A DNA stretch of 64,000 nucleotides, from assembly GCA_964356375.1 (NCBI GenBank), contig CAYHGT010000003.1, positions 554-64,553 on the forward strand, read 5' to 3'. Both the position numbers and the translations under genes were made by a program. Source of the stretch: an uncultured Candidatus Saccharibacteria bacterium. Lineage in GTDB: Bacteria; Patescibacteriota; Minisyncoccia; UBA6257; GWB1-50-10. The notes beneath the pieces were generated by a model that saw only the letters and a program-made list of their open reading frames with translations, had not been told where the DNA came from and did no database searches. Of this stretch, positions 8,233 through 17,989 are shown in pieces. How positions within the stretch are numbered: position 1 is the first letter of the stretch; each line of letters begins with the position of its first letter.

Positions 8233-10698
8233 ATGAAAAATACAAAGAGAAAAATGGGTGTGTTTGTGTTATCATCGTTTGCGGTGCTCGCTTTTTTATT
8301 AAGCGTACTTGCGGTTGGCGCGGTGTTTATAATTGTAACTTTGCGAGAATTGCCAGCCCCCGATCAATTTGGTAATCGCGAGGTAAGCCAGTCCACAAAA
8401 CTATATGATCGTACAGGACAAACCCTCATCTACGAAATATATGGAAATGAAAAGAGAACTATAGTTCCTTTCGCCGAAATACCAGACACTCTTAAAAACG
8501 CTGTACTTGCGGCGGAAGATTCTAATTTTTATAACGAACCTGCGTTTAACTGGCGTGGTATTTTGCGCGCATTTATTGCAAATCTTAAAAGTGGCGCGGT
8601 GACGCAGGGTGGCTCAACACTTTCTCAACAACTGGTGAAGAACACACTTCTCTCTCCCGAGCGTACTGTCACTAGAAAAATAAAAGAACTTATTCTTGCA
8701 ACGAAGCTTGAATCAAAATACTCCAAGCAAGATATTTTTAGTTTTTATTTGAATCAAATTCCTTTCGGCTCCAATGCATATGGTGTTGAGGCGGCGAGCC
8801 AGATTTATTTTGGAAAACCGGTAAAAAATTTGTCTCTTCGCGAATCAACTATTCTCGCAAGCATGTTAAAAGCACCAAGTTATTATTCGCCGTGGGGTAC
8901 ACACAAAAAGGAGCTGTACGAGCGTAGTGATTACGTGCTTGATAGAATGATGAGTCTCGGCTCAATATCCAAAAAAGATGGGGAGACCGCAAAAAAACAG
9001 AAGCTTGCGTTTTCTCTTCCCTCTCTTGGCTCAATATCCGCACCCCATTTCTCGCTCGCGGTTAAAGAATATCTTGTAAACAAGTATGGGGAGCGCGCGG
9101 TTTCAAGTGGAGGGTTAAAGGTTATCACCACACTTGATGTAAAACTCCAGGTTGCGGCAGAAAAGGCGGTACAAGAAGGCGTGGCGCGCAATGCGGATTT
9201 GTACAACGGGAGAAACGCCGCGTTGATAGCAGAAGACCCTAAAACAGGGCAAATTTTAGCAATGGTTGGGTCTAAGGATTACTTTGGCGATCCTGAACCA
9301 AAGGGGTGCACCTCCTCAGTTAATTGCCTTTTTGAGGGAAATTTTAATGTGGCCACACAGGCATTGCGTCAACCAGGTTCCGCGCTTAAGCCATTTGTGT
9401 ATATGACCGCGTTCCAAAAAGGATATTCACCAAAAACGGTTTTGTTTGATGTGCAAACAGAATTTGATACACGAAACGATCCGGCAACAAGTTATAAACC
9501 GGGAAATTTTGATAATTTATTTAGAGGACCTGTTCGCATGGAACAGGCGCTCGCACAATCATTAAATGTTCCTGCGGTAGAAACACTGTATCTCTCGGGA
9601 CTTGATGATGTATTAAAAAATTTAAGCATGTTTGGCGTATCTTCGCTTAAAGAAAGGTGGCGGTATGGACTCTCGCTTACGTTAGGTGGTGGCGAAATAA
9701 AACTTGTAGATTTAGTAAAGGCCTACTCTGTGCTTTCGCAAAACGGAACATTACACGAACAACAAATGGTACTAAAGGTTGAGAATAGTAAGGGCACTAC
9801 ATTGGAAGAATATACCGATCGGAGTTCTCGTGTAATAGATCCGCAATACCCAAAACTCATCACGCAAATTCTTTCCGATTCAGACCTTCGTTCAGCAGTA
9901 TTCCGCTCAAGCCTATCCCTCACTGTGTTTGATGGATATGAGGTCGCGCTCAAAACCGGAACAACTCAGGATTATCGCGATGCATGGACGTTCGGATACA
10001 CCCCTAACTTGGTTGTTGGCGTGTGGGCAGGCAACAACGACAATACCCCGATGAAAAGTCAGGGGAGTAGTATTTTAGCGGCGGTGCCTATGTGGAGCGC
10101 GTTTATGAAAGAAGCTCTTCCACAAACAAAAATGGAACTGTTTGAAAAACCGGATTCGTATTCGCTCCCCTCAAAACCAATGTTGAATGGAGAGCACATT
10201 TATTCACCTTTAGTGAACGGGATTCGCGTGCCGCAAGTGCACTCAATTCTTTATTATGTTGATAAATCAAATCCATTGGGAGGTATGCCGGACGACCCCG
10301 CAAGAGATTCACAATTTACAAATTGGGAAACCGCAGTAAGTGATTGGGTAAAGGAAAACCCTGGCGTGTTAGGTGTATATATAAAAACGAGCCCGCGGAG
10401 CACAACTCCGTCCGCGCCAGGCGCCTCTGCGTCTGTTGTAATTAACGAACCCAAAAACGCGGAATTCGCAAACGCGCCGTTACGCATAAAAGCGAGGCTG
10501 TCCGCGTCAAACGATTTATTAGAACGCGTTGAGTTGTATTTTGATCGTCGGCTTGTAGGAGCGGAGGATATAAGTGGTTCGGTGTACTACTATCAAAATG
10601 ATTTAAATATTCCGCTTGGAGCGCAAAATCTTGTTGAAATAAAAATAAAAACCCGCGGTGGCGCAACCGCGTCCCAGTCCGTAATTGTGTATCATTAA
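8233..10698 (+). CDS. mrcA: Class A penicillin-binding protein 1A (glycosyltransferase GT51 + transpeptidase)
   Basis: N-terminal TM anchor; GT51 motifs EDSNFY, GGSTLSQQL, RKIKE; transpeptidase SxxK-like region; 821 aa. Confidence 0.88.
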   Translation: MKNTKRKMGVFVLSSFAVLAFLLSVLAVGAVFIIVTLRELPAPDQFGNREVSQSTKLYDRTGQTLIYEIYGNEKRTIVPFAEIPDTLKNAVLAAEDSNFYNEPAFNWRGILRAFIANLKSGAVTQGGSTLSQQLVKNTLLSPERTVTRKIKELILATKLESKYSKQDIFSFYLNQIPFGSNAYGVEAASQIYFGKPVKNLSLRESTILASMLKAPSYYSPWGTHKKELYERSDYVLDRMMSLGSISKKDGETAKKQKLAFSLPSLGSISAPHFSLAVKEYLVNKYGERAVSSGGLKVITTLDVKLQVAAEKAVQEGVARNADLYNGRNAALIAEDPKTGQILAMVGSKDYFGDPEPKGCTSSVNCLFEGNFNVATQALRQPGSALKPFVYMTAFQKGYSPKTVLFDVQTEFDTRNDPATSYKPGNFDNLFRGPVRMEQALAQSLNVPAVETLYLSGLDDVLKNLSMFGVSSLKERWRYGLSLTLGGGEIKLVDLVKAYSVLSQNGTLHEQQMVLKVENSKGTTLEEYTDRSSRVIDPQYPKLITQILSDSDLRSAVFRSSLSLTVFDGYEVALKTGTTQDYRDAWTFGYTPNLVVGVWAGNNDNTPMKSQGSSILAAVPMWSAFMKEALPQTKMELFEKPDSYSLPSKPMLNGEHIYSPLVNGIRVPQVHSILYYVDKSNPLGGMPDDPARDSQFTNWETAVSDWVKENPGVLGVYIKTSPRSTTPSAPGASASVVINEPKNAEFANAPLRIKARLSASNDLLERVELYFDRRLVGAEDISGSVYYYQNDLNIPLGAQNLVEIKIKTRGGATASQSVIVYH

Positions 10699-10702
10699 TA
10701 GC

Positions 10703-10728
10703 AAAAAAACCCGCGTTAGCGGGTTTTT
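10703..10728 (+). terminator. Bidirectional Rho-independent terminator (aaaaaaacccgcgttagcgggttttt)
   Basis: Perfect GC stem flanked by A/T runs, between convergent PBP1A and dnaN. Confidence 0.6.
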
Positions 10729-10735
10729 AATACTA

Positions 10736-11842
10736 TTAGTTTTTTATAGGCATAACCACATACATAAGTCCTGTTTCTATTGGGTTTTTTAGCACTGCGG
10801 GTCGGTCGGAAGAATTCACGCCAAGTACTATATCTTCGGACGAATAAATTTTGAGTCCGTCTAATAAATACCTCCAGTTAAATACTATAGAAAACACATC
10901 GCCTTTGAATTTTATTGGAATTTTATAGTGATTTTCTCCAAGCGAGGAATCCGCAGAAGATAGCTCCAAAAACTTTTTGTTTTCCCCAATTGAAATGGTT
11001 ATGCTATTTCCTCTTCCTGAAAACGCGCTTGTGAGCTTTACTGCGTTTATAAATTCGTTACGGTTGAGTGTCGCTTCGTTTTGGGTTTGTTTTGGAATAA
11101 TGGCTTTGTATTCAGGGAATACCCCATCCACAAGACGAGAAATGAGTTGGCGCGACTGTGTTTTGAAAAGAACCTGGTTTTGTTCTATAAAAATCTCTAC
11201 ATCGCCTGTATTCCCTGTTAAAAAACGAACAAGTTCTTCGGCTGTTTTATATGGAACTATCATTGAAATATCGTTTTGCACATGGAGATTTTCTATTTTC
11301 ATAATTCTCTCTGCGAGACGAAAGCTATCGGTCGCAGCAAGGATAACTTCGTTATCAAACACACGGAAAAATACACCGCTAATTTCGGGTCGTATTTCCG
11401 AATATTGTGTAGCCACAATAACGTTTTGCAATGATTCCAAAAATCTAGAAATGGGAAATTTTACTACATTGTCTTTCTCATTAATATTTGGAATAATCGG
11501 AAAATCTTTCGCGCTTTGCGCCTGAATAGTTGCTTCGTAGTTATCTGTGATTATTTCAATTTGTTTATCTTTTACCTCAAGTGATACTCGCTCGGCATTT
11601 AGGTTTTTCGCAACTGGACCAAACACAGAAACAGGGATGGTTATTTCCCCGTCTTCCACTATTTTCCCAGGAACGACTTGAGTAATCGCGAGTTCAAGGT
11701 TTGTGCATGTAAACAAAATACGACCACCTTCGGTTTTAATAAGAATGTTTTTTAATATCGGAAGATTCGCGACAGTACTCACTGCCCGCTCAACCGCATT
11801 TAACCCTTCTATTATATTATTCTTTAGTATTATTAATTTCAT
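10736..11842 (-). CDS. dnaN: DNA polymerase III beta sliding clamp
   Basis: 368 aa, three-domain clamp pattern, N-terminal MKLIILKNNIIEGLNAVERAV; located immediately downstream of dnaA. Confidence 0.9.
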   Translation of the reverse strand: MKLIILKNNIIEGLNAVERAVSTVANLPILKNILIKTEGGRILFTCTNLELAITQVVPGKIVEDGEITIPVSVFGPVAKNLNAERVSLEVKDKQIEIITDNYEATIQAQSAKDFPIIPNINEKDNVVKFPISRFLESLQNVIVATQYSEIRPEISGVFFRVFDNEVILAATDSFRLAERIMKIENLHVQNDISMIVPYKTAEELVRFLTGNTGDVEIFIEQNQVLFKTQSRQLISRLVDGVFPEYKAIIPKQTQNEATLNRNEFINAVKLTSAFSGRGNSITISIGENKKFLELSSADSSLGENHYKIPIKFKGDVFSIVFNWRYLLDGLKIYSSEDIVLGVNSSDRPAVLKNPIETGLMYVVMPIKN

Positions 11843-11849
11843 AGATAGT

Positions 11850-12038
11850 GGTAGTAGTAGGTGTTGTGAATATGTGGATATACTTGTTTTTGTAAGCTTG
11901 TGTTTGGTTTTCTTTTTCCTATCCTGTGGAAAACAAACTAAGTGGTGTTGATGATTTCTTCTTTTTTATTTTTCTCATATTTTTATACAGCAACTATCAA
12001 CATACTTATCCATCGCCTTATCCACTTATTATCCCACA
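11850..12038. promoter_or_regulatory. oriC: DnaA-box cluster (oriC candidate) in the dnaA-dnaN intergenic spacer
   Basis: Several 7-8/9 matches to TTATCCACA (tgtggata at 11873; cttatccat, ttatccact and ttatcccaca at 12006-12037) in an AT-rich spacer. Context is the canonical dnaA-dnaN arrangement. Confidence 0.5.
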
Positions 12039-13421
12039 CTACACATTTTTGAATAAAAGCTCTTTTATAAGAAGTATTTTTTGGTTAAGCGCGGAATTTA
12101 CTGTTATTTCCTTCGCTATCTTCTCATATGCATGAATCACGGTTGTGTGGTCCCGTTTCCCCATTTTTTCTCCTATATTAGGATATGAGAGCTTCAAAAT
12201 CTCCCTCAAAAGATACATCGCGACCTGCCGCGGCTCCACAACCTCCTGTTTTCTTCCTCTGTCCGTCAAATCCGACTGCGAAACCTCATAAAACTCGGAA
12301 ACCGTTCTTACCACCTCATTTGCAGTGATGTTTTTTGGAGATACTTGCGCGGTTTCGTTAATGATGTAATCAAGCTTCTTCGTGTCAATTTTCTCGTGTT
12401 TATACTGCTCATAAAACAAAACCTTGTTTAAAACCCCCTCTACCTCTCTAATATTGCGTTGTATTTTGGTCGCGATGTATTCAAGTGTCTTTTCGTCTAT
12501 ATCAACATTAAGTGCGTGTGCCTTAGTTTTTAGAATCGCGAGGCGCATCTCATAATCAGGATATGCAACATCCGCTATCATACCACCTTCAAAACGAGAA
12601 CGGAGACGCTCTTCAAGGGTTGGAATTGCGGCTGGAGGCCTATCAGACGAGATGATGATTTGTTTGTTGTTTTCGTAAAGTGCATTAAATGTATAAAAAA
12701 ATTCCAATTCAGTTGCGGGTTTTCCTCCAATGAATTGAATGTCATCAATAATGAGCATATCAACACCCCTATATTTCTTTTTCATATCCTCCGCGCGTTT
12801 GTTGCGAAGCGCCCACACCACATCGTTTACAAATTTTTCAGACGTAACATAAAGAACACTCACCTTACCGCCATATTTTTCATTTACCGCGTTGCCGGCA
12901 GCTTGAAGCAAGTGAGTCTTCCCAAGCCCAACGCCTCCATAAATAAACAACGGATTATATTTTTTCCCAACACTATCAATAACTGCATTAATAGCGGCGC
13001 ACGCAAGTTCATTTGATGAACCAACCACAAACGTATCAAACGTGTATTTTGGATTGAGATTTGTTTTTGGATCAATCTTAAGCTCGGTAATCGGAATATT
13101 ATTATTTTCTTCCGTGAGTTCTGCTTCTTTTTGTTTGTGAGATTGTTTTGCGGGCTGAAGTGGCGTGTTGTGATTTACCACCACATAGTTCACATATTTA
13201 ATAGAGCCATCAATATTGCGGAGAGAGCCCAAAATAATCTTGTGATACCGATTTTTAATCCACTCCTTCGCAAAATTATTAGGAAGCCCCACTAACGCAA
13301 TCCCCTCCTTCTCATTTTTCTCTATAAGCTGACTGTTTTTGAACCACGTTAAGAAGTTTGGACGCGAAATCTGGAGTTCTATTTCGCCAAGCACAGTCTT
13401 CCAAAGTTCTTGATGGTCCAT
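12039..13421 (-). CDS. dnaA: Chromosomal replication initiator protein DnaA
   Basis: AAA+ Walker A GGVGLGKTHLLQA and the DnaA C-terminal DNA-binding domain; 460 aa. Confidence 0.95.
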   Translation of the reverse strand: MDHQELWKTVLGEIELQISRPNFLTWFKNSQLIEKNEKEGIALVGLPNNFAKEWIKNRYHKIILGSLRNIDGSIKYVNYVVVNHNTPLQPAKQSHKQKEAELTEENNNIPITELKIDPKTNLNPKYTFDTFVVGSSNELACAAINAVIDSVGKKYNPLFIYGGVGLGKTHLLQAAGNAVNEKYGGKVSVLYVTSEKFVNDVVWALRNKRAEDMKKKYRGVDMLIIDDIQFIGGKPATELEFFYTFNALYENNKQIIISSDRPPAAIPTLEERLRSRFEGGMIADVAYPDYEMRLAILKTKAHALNVDIDEKTLEYIATKIQRNIREVEGVLNKVLFYEQYKHEKIDTKKLDYIINETAQVSPKNITANEVVRTVSEFYEVSQSDLTDRGRKQEVVEPRQVAMYLLREILKLSYPNIGEKMGKRDHTTVIHAYEKIAKEITVNSALNQKILLIKELLFKNV

Positions 13422-13739
13422 GGTGTGTTTTTAAAAAATAAAGTAAAAAATCCAGAAAAGAAAAATAAAATTGCAAACTTCCCATCTATCATATAGGTAT
13501 TCTAAAAACTTTCAATATTGATTTGTGAACCCGTTTGTGCTTTAATTGTGCACTACTTGTTGATAACGCGTTTTTTCTACCTACGGGAGATTTCCCAAAA
13601 GGGAGAGAAGACGAAACAATGGAGTGATGGCACCCCACTCCGCCCTACGGGCTTTGAGGGGTTGTTATTCGCTTCGCGAATAACAAAAATTGTGTTTTAA
13701 AAAAACGTGTGGTACTATTCCATATAAGAAAACAAACAT

Positions 13740-13874
13740 ATGAGTCAAACATATCAACCAAAGAAAAAGAAAAGAAGGAATACGCACGGGTTTTTGAAAC
13801 GAAGCAGGTCTCCCGGAGGACGTGCCGTTCTTGCGCGCAGAAGACAAAAAGGGCGCAAAAAGCTCTCGGTTTAA
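13740..13874 (+). CDS. rpmH: 50S ribosomal protein L34
   Basis: Not in the ORF track (44 aa). Translation [44 protein letters not shown] matches the L34 consensus; it sits in the canonical position upstream of rnpA. Confidence 0.9.
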   Translation: MSQTYQPKKKKRRNTHGFLKRSRSPGGRAVLARRRQKGRKKLSV

Positions 13875-14140
13875 TGGCTTTGAGCACCAACATGCCAGAG
13901 AAACACGAAGCGCCGGTTATTATCAAAAAAAACAGAAGTGGCTTCCAAAAGAAGCCACTTCTTATTACAGTTGGCAAGGGAGTCGCAAAAAAAGCGACCG
14001 AGCGAAACCTTATTAAGAGACGCATTCGCGCGATTGTTCGCGAGTCAGGCATTTTGGAGAAAGGAGATGTGACAATTATTGCGCGTCCCGCTGTCGCCAA
14101 ACTCTCATTTGCGGAATTGAAAGCATTCATAGTACACTAA
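13874..14140 (+). CDS. rnpA: Ribonuclease P protein component
   Basis: C-terminal part of the track ORF 13709-14140 (KKNRSGFQKKPLLITVGKGVAKKATERNLIKRRIRAIV...) is RnpA-like. The ATG at 13874 overlaps the rpmH stop (taATGg). The true start could be a non-ATG codon slightly upstream. Confidence 0.75.
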   Translation: MALSTNMPEKHEAPVIIKKNRSGFQKKPLLITVGKGVAKKATERNLIKRRIRAIVRESGILEKGDVTIIARPAVAKLSFAELKAFIVH

Positions 14141-14145
14141 GCAAG

Positions 14146-14829
14146 ATGTTTGCATTCTTTAACACGTATCTTTACATGCCGACCGTGTCGGCGCTTTTGT
14201 TTATTTACAACACTATCACGTTCCAAGACCTCGGTCTCGCAATCGTATTTTTAACCATCGTAGTACGCGTGGTTCTTTTCCCTGTATTTTATAAAGGAGC
14301 GAAGGACCAGGCGCTTATGCAGCGTATTCAACCACATATTAAAAAAATCCAACTGGACCATAAGGACAACAAAGAGGCGCAGGCGCGCGCAATGCTGGAT
14401 TTGTACAAAAAATATAAACTTAATCCATTCGCGGGCATTTTTTTACTCATCCTGCAACTCCCCGTCTTTATAGTTCTCTTCCAAGTATTTTCAAAAGAAC
14501 TTTCAACCGGAATATTCGCAACCACCACACTTCTCGGCTTCATTGACCTCGGCGCCAAAGGGTATGTCTTGCCGATTATCGCGGCCGCGGCGCAATATTT
14601 TCAAACAAAGTTGATGATGGGACCGCAGGCAAAAAACGCATCGAACGAAAACGACAACCTAATGGCGAGAATGGCAAAAACAATGGCAGTTGTAGGTCCT
14701 GCGTTCACCTTCTTCATTCTTGTAAATCTTCCAGCGGCGCTCAGTGTCTATTGGACAGTGTCTGGCGTCTTTTCTATCTTCCAGCAGATATATATCAACA
14801 AAAGATTGCCAAAATTTGAGGATGAGTAG
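14146..14829 (+). CDS. yidC: Membrane protein insertase YidC (short Oxa1-like form)
   Basis: Five-TM core with conserved RVVLFPV...LNPFAG...LQLPVFI motifs; 227 aa; rpmH-rnpA-yidC synteny. Confidence 0.85.
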   Translation: MFAFFNTYLYMPTVSALLFIYNTITFQDLGLAIVFLTIVVRVVLFPVFYKGAKDQALMQRIQPHIKKIQLDHKDNKEAQARAMLDLYKKYKLNPFAGIFLLILQLPVFIVLFQVFSKELSTGIFATTTLLGFIDLGAKGYVLPIIAAAAQYFQTKLMMGPQAKNASNENDNLMARMAKTMAVVGPAFTFFILVNLPAALSVYWTVSGVFSIFQQIYINKRLPKFEDE

Positions 14830-14860
14830 TATACTGAAATCCTAAAATCAACCAAAACAA

Positions 14861-15313
14861 ATGGAAACAAATACTTCTAACGAGATGAACCCCATTATTG
14901 AAAAAACCAAGGAAATAATAGCGCTTTTGGGCTACCCGGAGGCAGAGGTTGCGGTAGACGAGGAGCGTCGGAAGATAATCATCCTTATTGATGACCGATT
15001 TGTGGTTGAGAATGTTGAGATTATCCTTCCAGCAGTTGACCACATAATAAACCTCGTTCTTAAAAAGGGTGGGCTTATTCCACACATTGTTGACCTTAAT
15101 TACTATAGAAAGGAGCGGGAGCGCCTTATTGTAGAGCTTGTGAAGGCCGCGGCACGCAAAGCAACAATTACCAAAGAAGAGGTTGAGCTTCCTGCGATGA
15201 ATGGCTATGAAAGGCGCTTGGTGCACATGGAAATCACCGCGCACCCCGATTTAAAAACAGAAAGCACAGGAATGGGAAAAGAGCGACGCGTAGTAATAAA
15301 ATTTGTTTCATAA
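14861..15313 (+). CDS. jag: Jag/KhpB-type R3H (KH-like) RNA-binding protein
   Basis: C-terminal R3H-like GYERRLVHMEI motif; conserved position after yidC. Confidence 0.7.
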   Translation: METNTSNEMNPIIEKTKEIIALLGYPEAEVAVDEERRKIIILIDDRFVVENVEIILPAVDHIINLVLKKGGLIPHIVDLNYYRKERERLIVELVKAAARKATITKEEVELPAMNGYERRLVHMEITAHPDLKTESTGMGKERRVVIKFVS

Positions 15314-15320
15314 GTAATAC

Positions 15321-15348
15321 AAAAATCCCCGTATATGCGGGGATTTTT
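15321..15348 (+). terminator. Bidirectional terminator (aaaaatccccgtatatgcggggattttt)
   Basis: Perfect hairpin with flanking A/T runs between convergent jag and the pilin-peptidase gene. Confidence 0.6.
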
Positions 15349-15368
15349 AGTACAGAATTAAATTAATT

Positions 15369-16868
15369 TTAGTATGCCAGCTCCACATGAATGTGAAGAT
15401 TTTGTGAGCCCATTGCCACTGCGTCGCAAGTTGGCTTAAGCTGAGTGTTGCCAGACGAATCCTTGTATTCGCATCTCGCAATATTGCCCGAGCCCGAACC
15501 ATTTAACAAGTCAATTACGTGATTATACGCACTTACACCACTATAAGTCGTTCCACTTATAGTATATGTGGTGGGCACAATATCAAAAGCTGCGCCTATA
15601 TAATGTTTTGAATTTGGGGCGTGATCGCCGCCAGTAAGAGATGTGACCGTGGCGATAACACCCGCATCACTCAATTGATCTATTTTGTAAAGAAGTGCGA
15701 GCGATGGAAAAACAGGAGGGTTTCTATCTCTTCTACACGCGATGCCGTTCGTACTACACCCACTACTGCACACATAAGGCGTTTCTCCGCGTTTCAACGA
15801 TTGTAGGACACCAGCCGCCGATGACTCGGACGGACTACAAGAGGCACCAGTACCAAATGTTATACCAAATGTTTGGAGCTGCCCCGCCAGCTCCTTTATA
15901 TTATCAGGAACAGTCCCAGGGGCGCCGTCTGGATTAATAATCCCACTACCGCCTAAATAGCCGGGTTCTTGTTTTGATCCGGGGCTTATGAGCGTACAGG
16001 GCTCAACATCCTTCGCAAGACCAACGTATGCAAACTTCCCAGCATCAGTTCCTGGTCCTCGGTATGCATATACAAGACAGCGCGCGGTTTCCACGCTTTG
16101 CCCAATCTTTTTGTAGGGATACACCCACACTATAGAGCCCATTGTGATATCCGGAAGAAACCCTAATGGTGTGTACGCAGCAACCCAACTGAGGTCATAA
16201 TATTCATCAACATCGCGGAATGTCATACCTCCACTACTAACATTAACACGAAGTCTACGATATCTGCATGTATTGTTAGCGGCTGGCGTAACACCAGTTA
16301 TTCTCGTAAAAGACGTACCCGGTATTGTTTTTGCTGGCCTACATTCCTCTGGGGGTTCTTGTAAAGCGGCTGGCGTAGAAGTATTTGTGGGAACAGTGCT
16401 CGTAGAGAGCATTTCTCCAAGCGAGACGATGCGCGGGTTTACTGTGCTAAGTATAAGGTAGGAACCAAGGAGAAGCACAATGCCAATAATTGCAGAGGTT
16501 ATCTTTTCTCTTCCCTCGCTTTTCTGGGTAATACTTTCTGTAAATAGAGATATTTGAATGGAGCCCCAGACAATCATGCCGACCGCGACAATACCTGAAA
16601 TGCCAACCGCAAATTGATAGAGGCGGATAAGATAGTCCTGAATTGTAGAGTTAGCCGTAAGAGGCGCGGCACACGTATCAAGTCCCAAAACTCCCGGTGA
16701 GGGAATACAAGGTGGCGCAAATTCAAGCCTTAATGGAACGGGGTCGGCCGCGAGTGTCGCCAACGGAAACAAAACCACAAAAGAGAGGAGTGCACAAAAA
16801 ACAATTTTTTTAATAGTCATAGATAGGAGGTTCATTTGATTGATGTTGTATGACATATATATAACCAT
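15369..16868 (-). CDS. Fusion protein: signal peptide + VirB2/TrbC-like pilin domain (two hydrophobic helices) + Cys-rich linker + C-terminal LAS/M15-type zinc D,D- or L,D-peptidase (peptidoglycan hydrolase) domain
   Basis: N-terminal region IQDYLIRLYQFAVGISGIVAVGMIVWGSIQISLF...EGREKITSAIIGIVLLLGSYLI parallels the three VirB2-like paralogs at 41.7-43.1 kb. C-terminus carries SKHYIGAAFD (SxHxxGxAxD, H-x6-D) and HIHVE (HxH), the metal ligands of VanY/VanX/M15 LAS peptidases. The probable true start is MTIKK at 16820. Confidence 0.5.
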   Translation of the reverse strand: MVIYMSYNINQMNLLSMTIKKIVFCALLSFVVLFPLATLAADPVPLRLEFAPPCIPSPGVLGLDTCAAPLTANSTIQDYLIRLYQFAVGISGIVAVGMIVWGSIQISLFTESITQKSEGREKITSAIIGIVLLLGSYLILSTVNPRIVSLGEMLSTSTVPTNTSTPAALQEPPEECRPAKTIPGTSFTRITGVTPAANNTCRYRRLRVNVSSGGMTFRDVDEYYDLSWVAAYTPLGFLPDITMGSIVWVYPYKKIGQSVETARCLVYAYRGPGTDAGKFAYVGLAKDVEPCTLISPGSKQEPGYLGGSGIINPDGAPGTVPDNIKELAGQLQTFGITFGTGASCSPSESSAAGVLQSLKRGETPYVCSSGCSTNGIACRRDRNPPVFPSLALLYKIDQLSDAGVIATVTSLTGGDHAPNSKHYIGAAFDIVPTTYTISGTTYSGVSAYNHVIDLLNGSGSGNIARCEYKDSSGNTQLKPTCDAVAMGSQNLHIHVELAY

Positions 16869-17985
16869 CGTATCTATTCACAAAATAAATAGAGTTGTTT
16901 ACCGACACCACATTATCCGCATCAAGCGAGGGAATTGGACCAGATTCTCCTACTACAACAGCAGAATCAGTTCCTGATTGTAAAACTATTTTGTAAAGGT
17001 CATCGCTTGTGTATAGTTTATTCATAAAATAATCATCAGGTATAGCATTTGTTCTTACAAACACACCCCTATCTTTTGGAACAAAGCAGTACACCACATC
17101 AGCCCCACCATCGCATTTTGTAGGAAGCGTAATTAGGACAAGTGGAACAAGCTCGCTGAATGTTCTGTCTAATATTGAAAACTTGTTTGGTGAAGAAAAG
17201 CGGAACAAGACATCTTTATTACTACCCCACCGCACAAATGAACCAAACGCGGGACTTATGACGAGCGTCACTATCCCGGTTTTTGTATCAATTTGCCACA
17301 CGCGCGAACTAGCGTATGAAGACGGTTTTTCGGAAATCAGTATTTCGGTTGCGGATTTTGCGTAAAACGAAATACCCCTCATAGAAAAATTGGAAACAAT
17401 AGTTTTAAACACATAAGGTTGTTTTGATATGTCTATAAACGAAAGCGAAGTTACTCCATTTTTTTGTACACTTCCAACTAATTGTGTTTCGGTACTCGCC
17501 CACGCCACACTTATAATTTCTTTAGGAAGTGGGCGCCACACCTTATCAATGGTGTCAAAAAGTGCCCACTGTGGAGATGAGGGATTGCCGTACGAGATAA
17601 GCGCTCTTTCACCCGAGGGAGATGGTTCAACACGTATTAATCCGGCTATGGTTTGTTTTGACGCGGGCACATCCCCGCTATCCTTTGCTTCTATTACTTC
17701 GCCATCGGCCGAGATGTAGAATACCGCTTTGGTTGTTTTGGAAACCCAAAACCCGAGCACGGGCTTATTTGAAAGCTTCCTAAACGTATAAGAATCTTCG
17801 GTTGAAGTGCTTGCAATTGCTCCTATCCTCGCATCTTGTGGTAATGGAACATTGATTGTCGCGTTTGGTTGTTCCTCTTGCGCAACAGGAGCAGGAACGA
17901 AAAATTTTGACCAAAGAAAATAAACAAAAAATACAGCAAGAAGTACAGAAACGGATATGATAATAATTTTATAAATCGGTTTCAT
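16810..17985 (-). CDS. Hypothetical membrane-anchored extracytoplasmic protein (T4SS-like cluster)
   Basis: Single N-terminal TM (IIIISVSVLLAVFFVYFLW) followed by a roughly 360-aa beta-rich domain; overlaps neighbouring genes (operon-like packing). Confidence 0.45.
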   Translation of the reverse strand: MKPIYKIIIISVSVLLAVFFVYFLWSKFFVPAPVAQEEQPNATINVPLPQDARIGAIASTSTEDSYTFRKLSNKPVLGFWVSKTTKAVFYISADGEVIEAKDSGDVPASKQTIAGLIRVEPSPSGERALISYGNPSSPQWALFDTIDKVWRPLPKEIISVAWASTETQLVGSVQKNGVTSLSFIDISKQPYVFKTIVSNFSMRGISFYAKSATEILISEKPSSYASSRVWQIDTKTGIVTLVISPAFGSFVRWGSNKDVLFRFSSPNKFSILDRTFSELVPLVLITLPTKCDGGADVVYCFVPKDRGVFVRTNAIPDDYFMNKLYTSDDLYKIVLQSGTDSAVVVGESGPIPSLDADNVVSVNNSIYFVNRYDGYIYVIQHQSNEPPIYDY

Positions 17986-17989
17986 ATAG

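Noticed and set aside
13709-14140. Track ORF of 143 aa starting at 13709
   Set aside because: Its 5' part overlaps the true rpmH gene in another frame. Only the 3' part from the ATG at 13874 is RnpA-like, so the ORF was split into rpmH (13740-13874) and rnpA (13874-14140).
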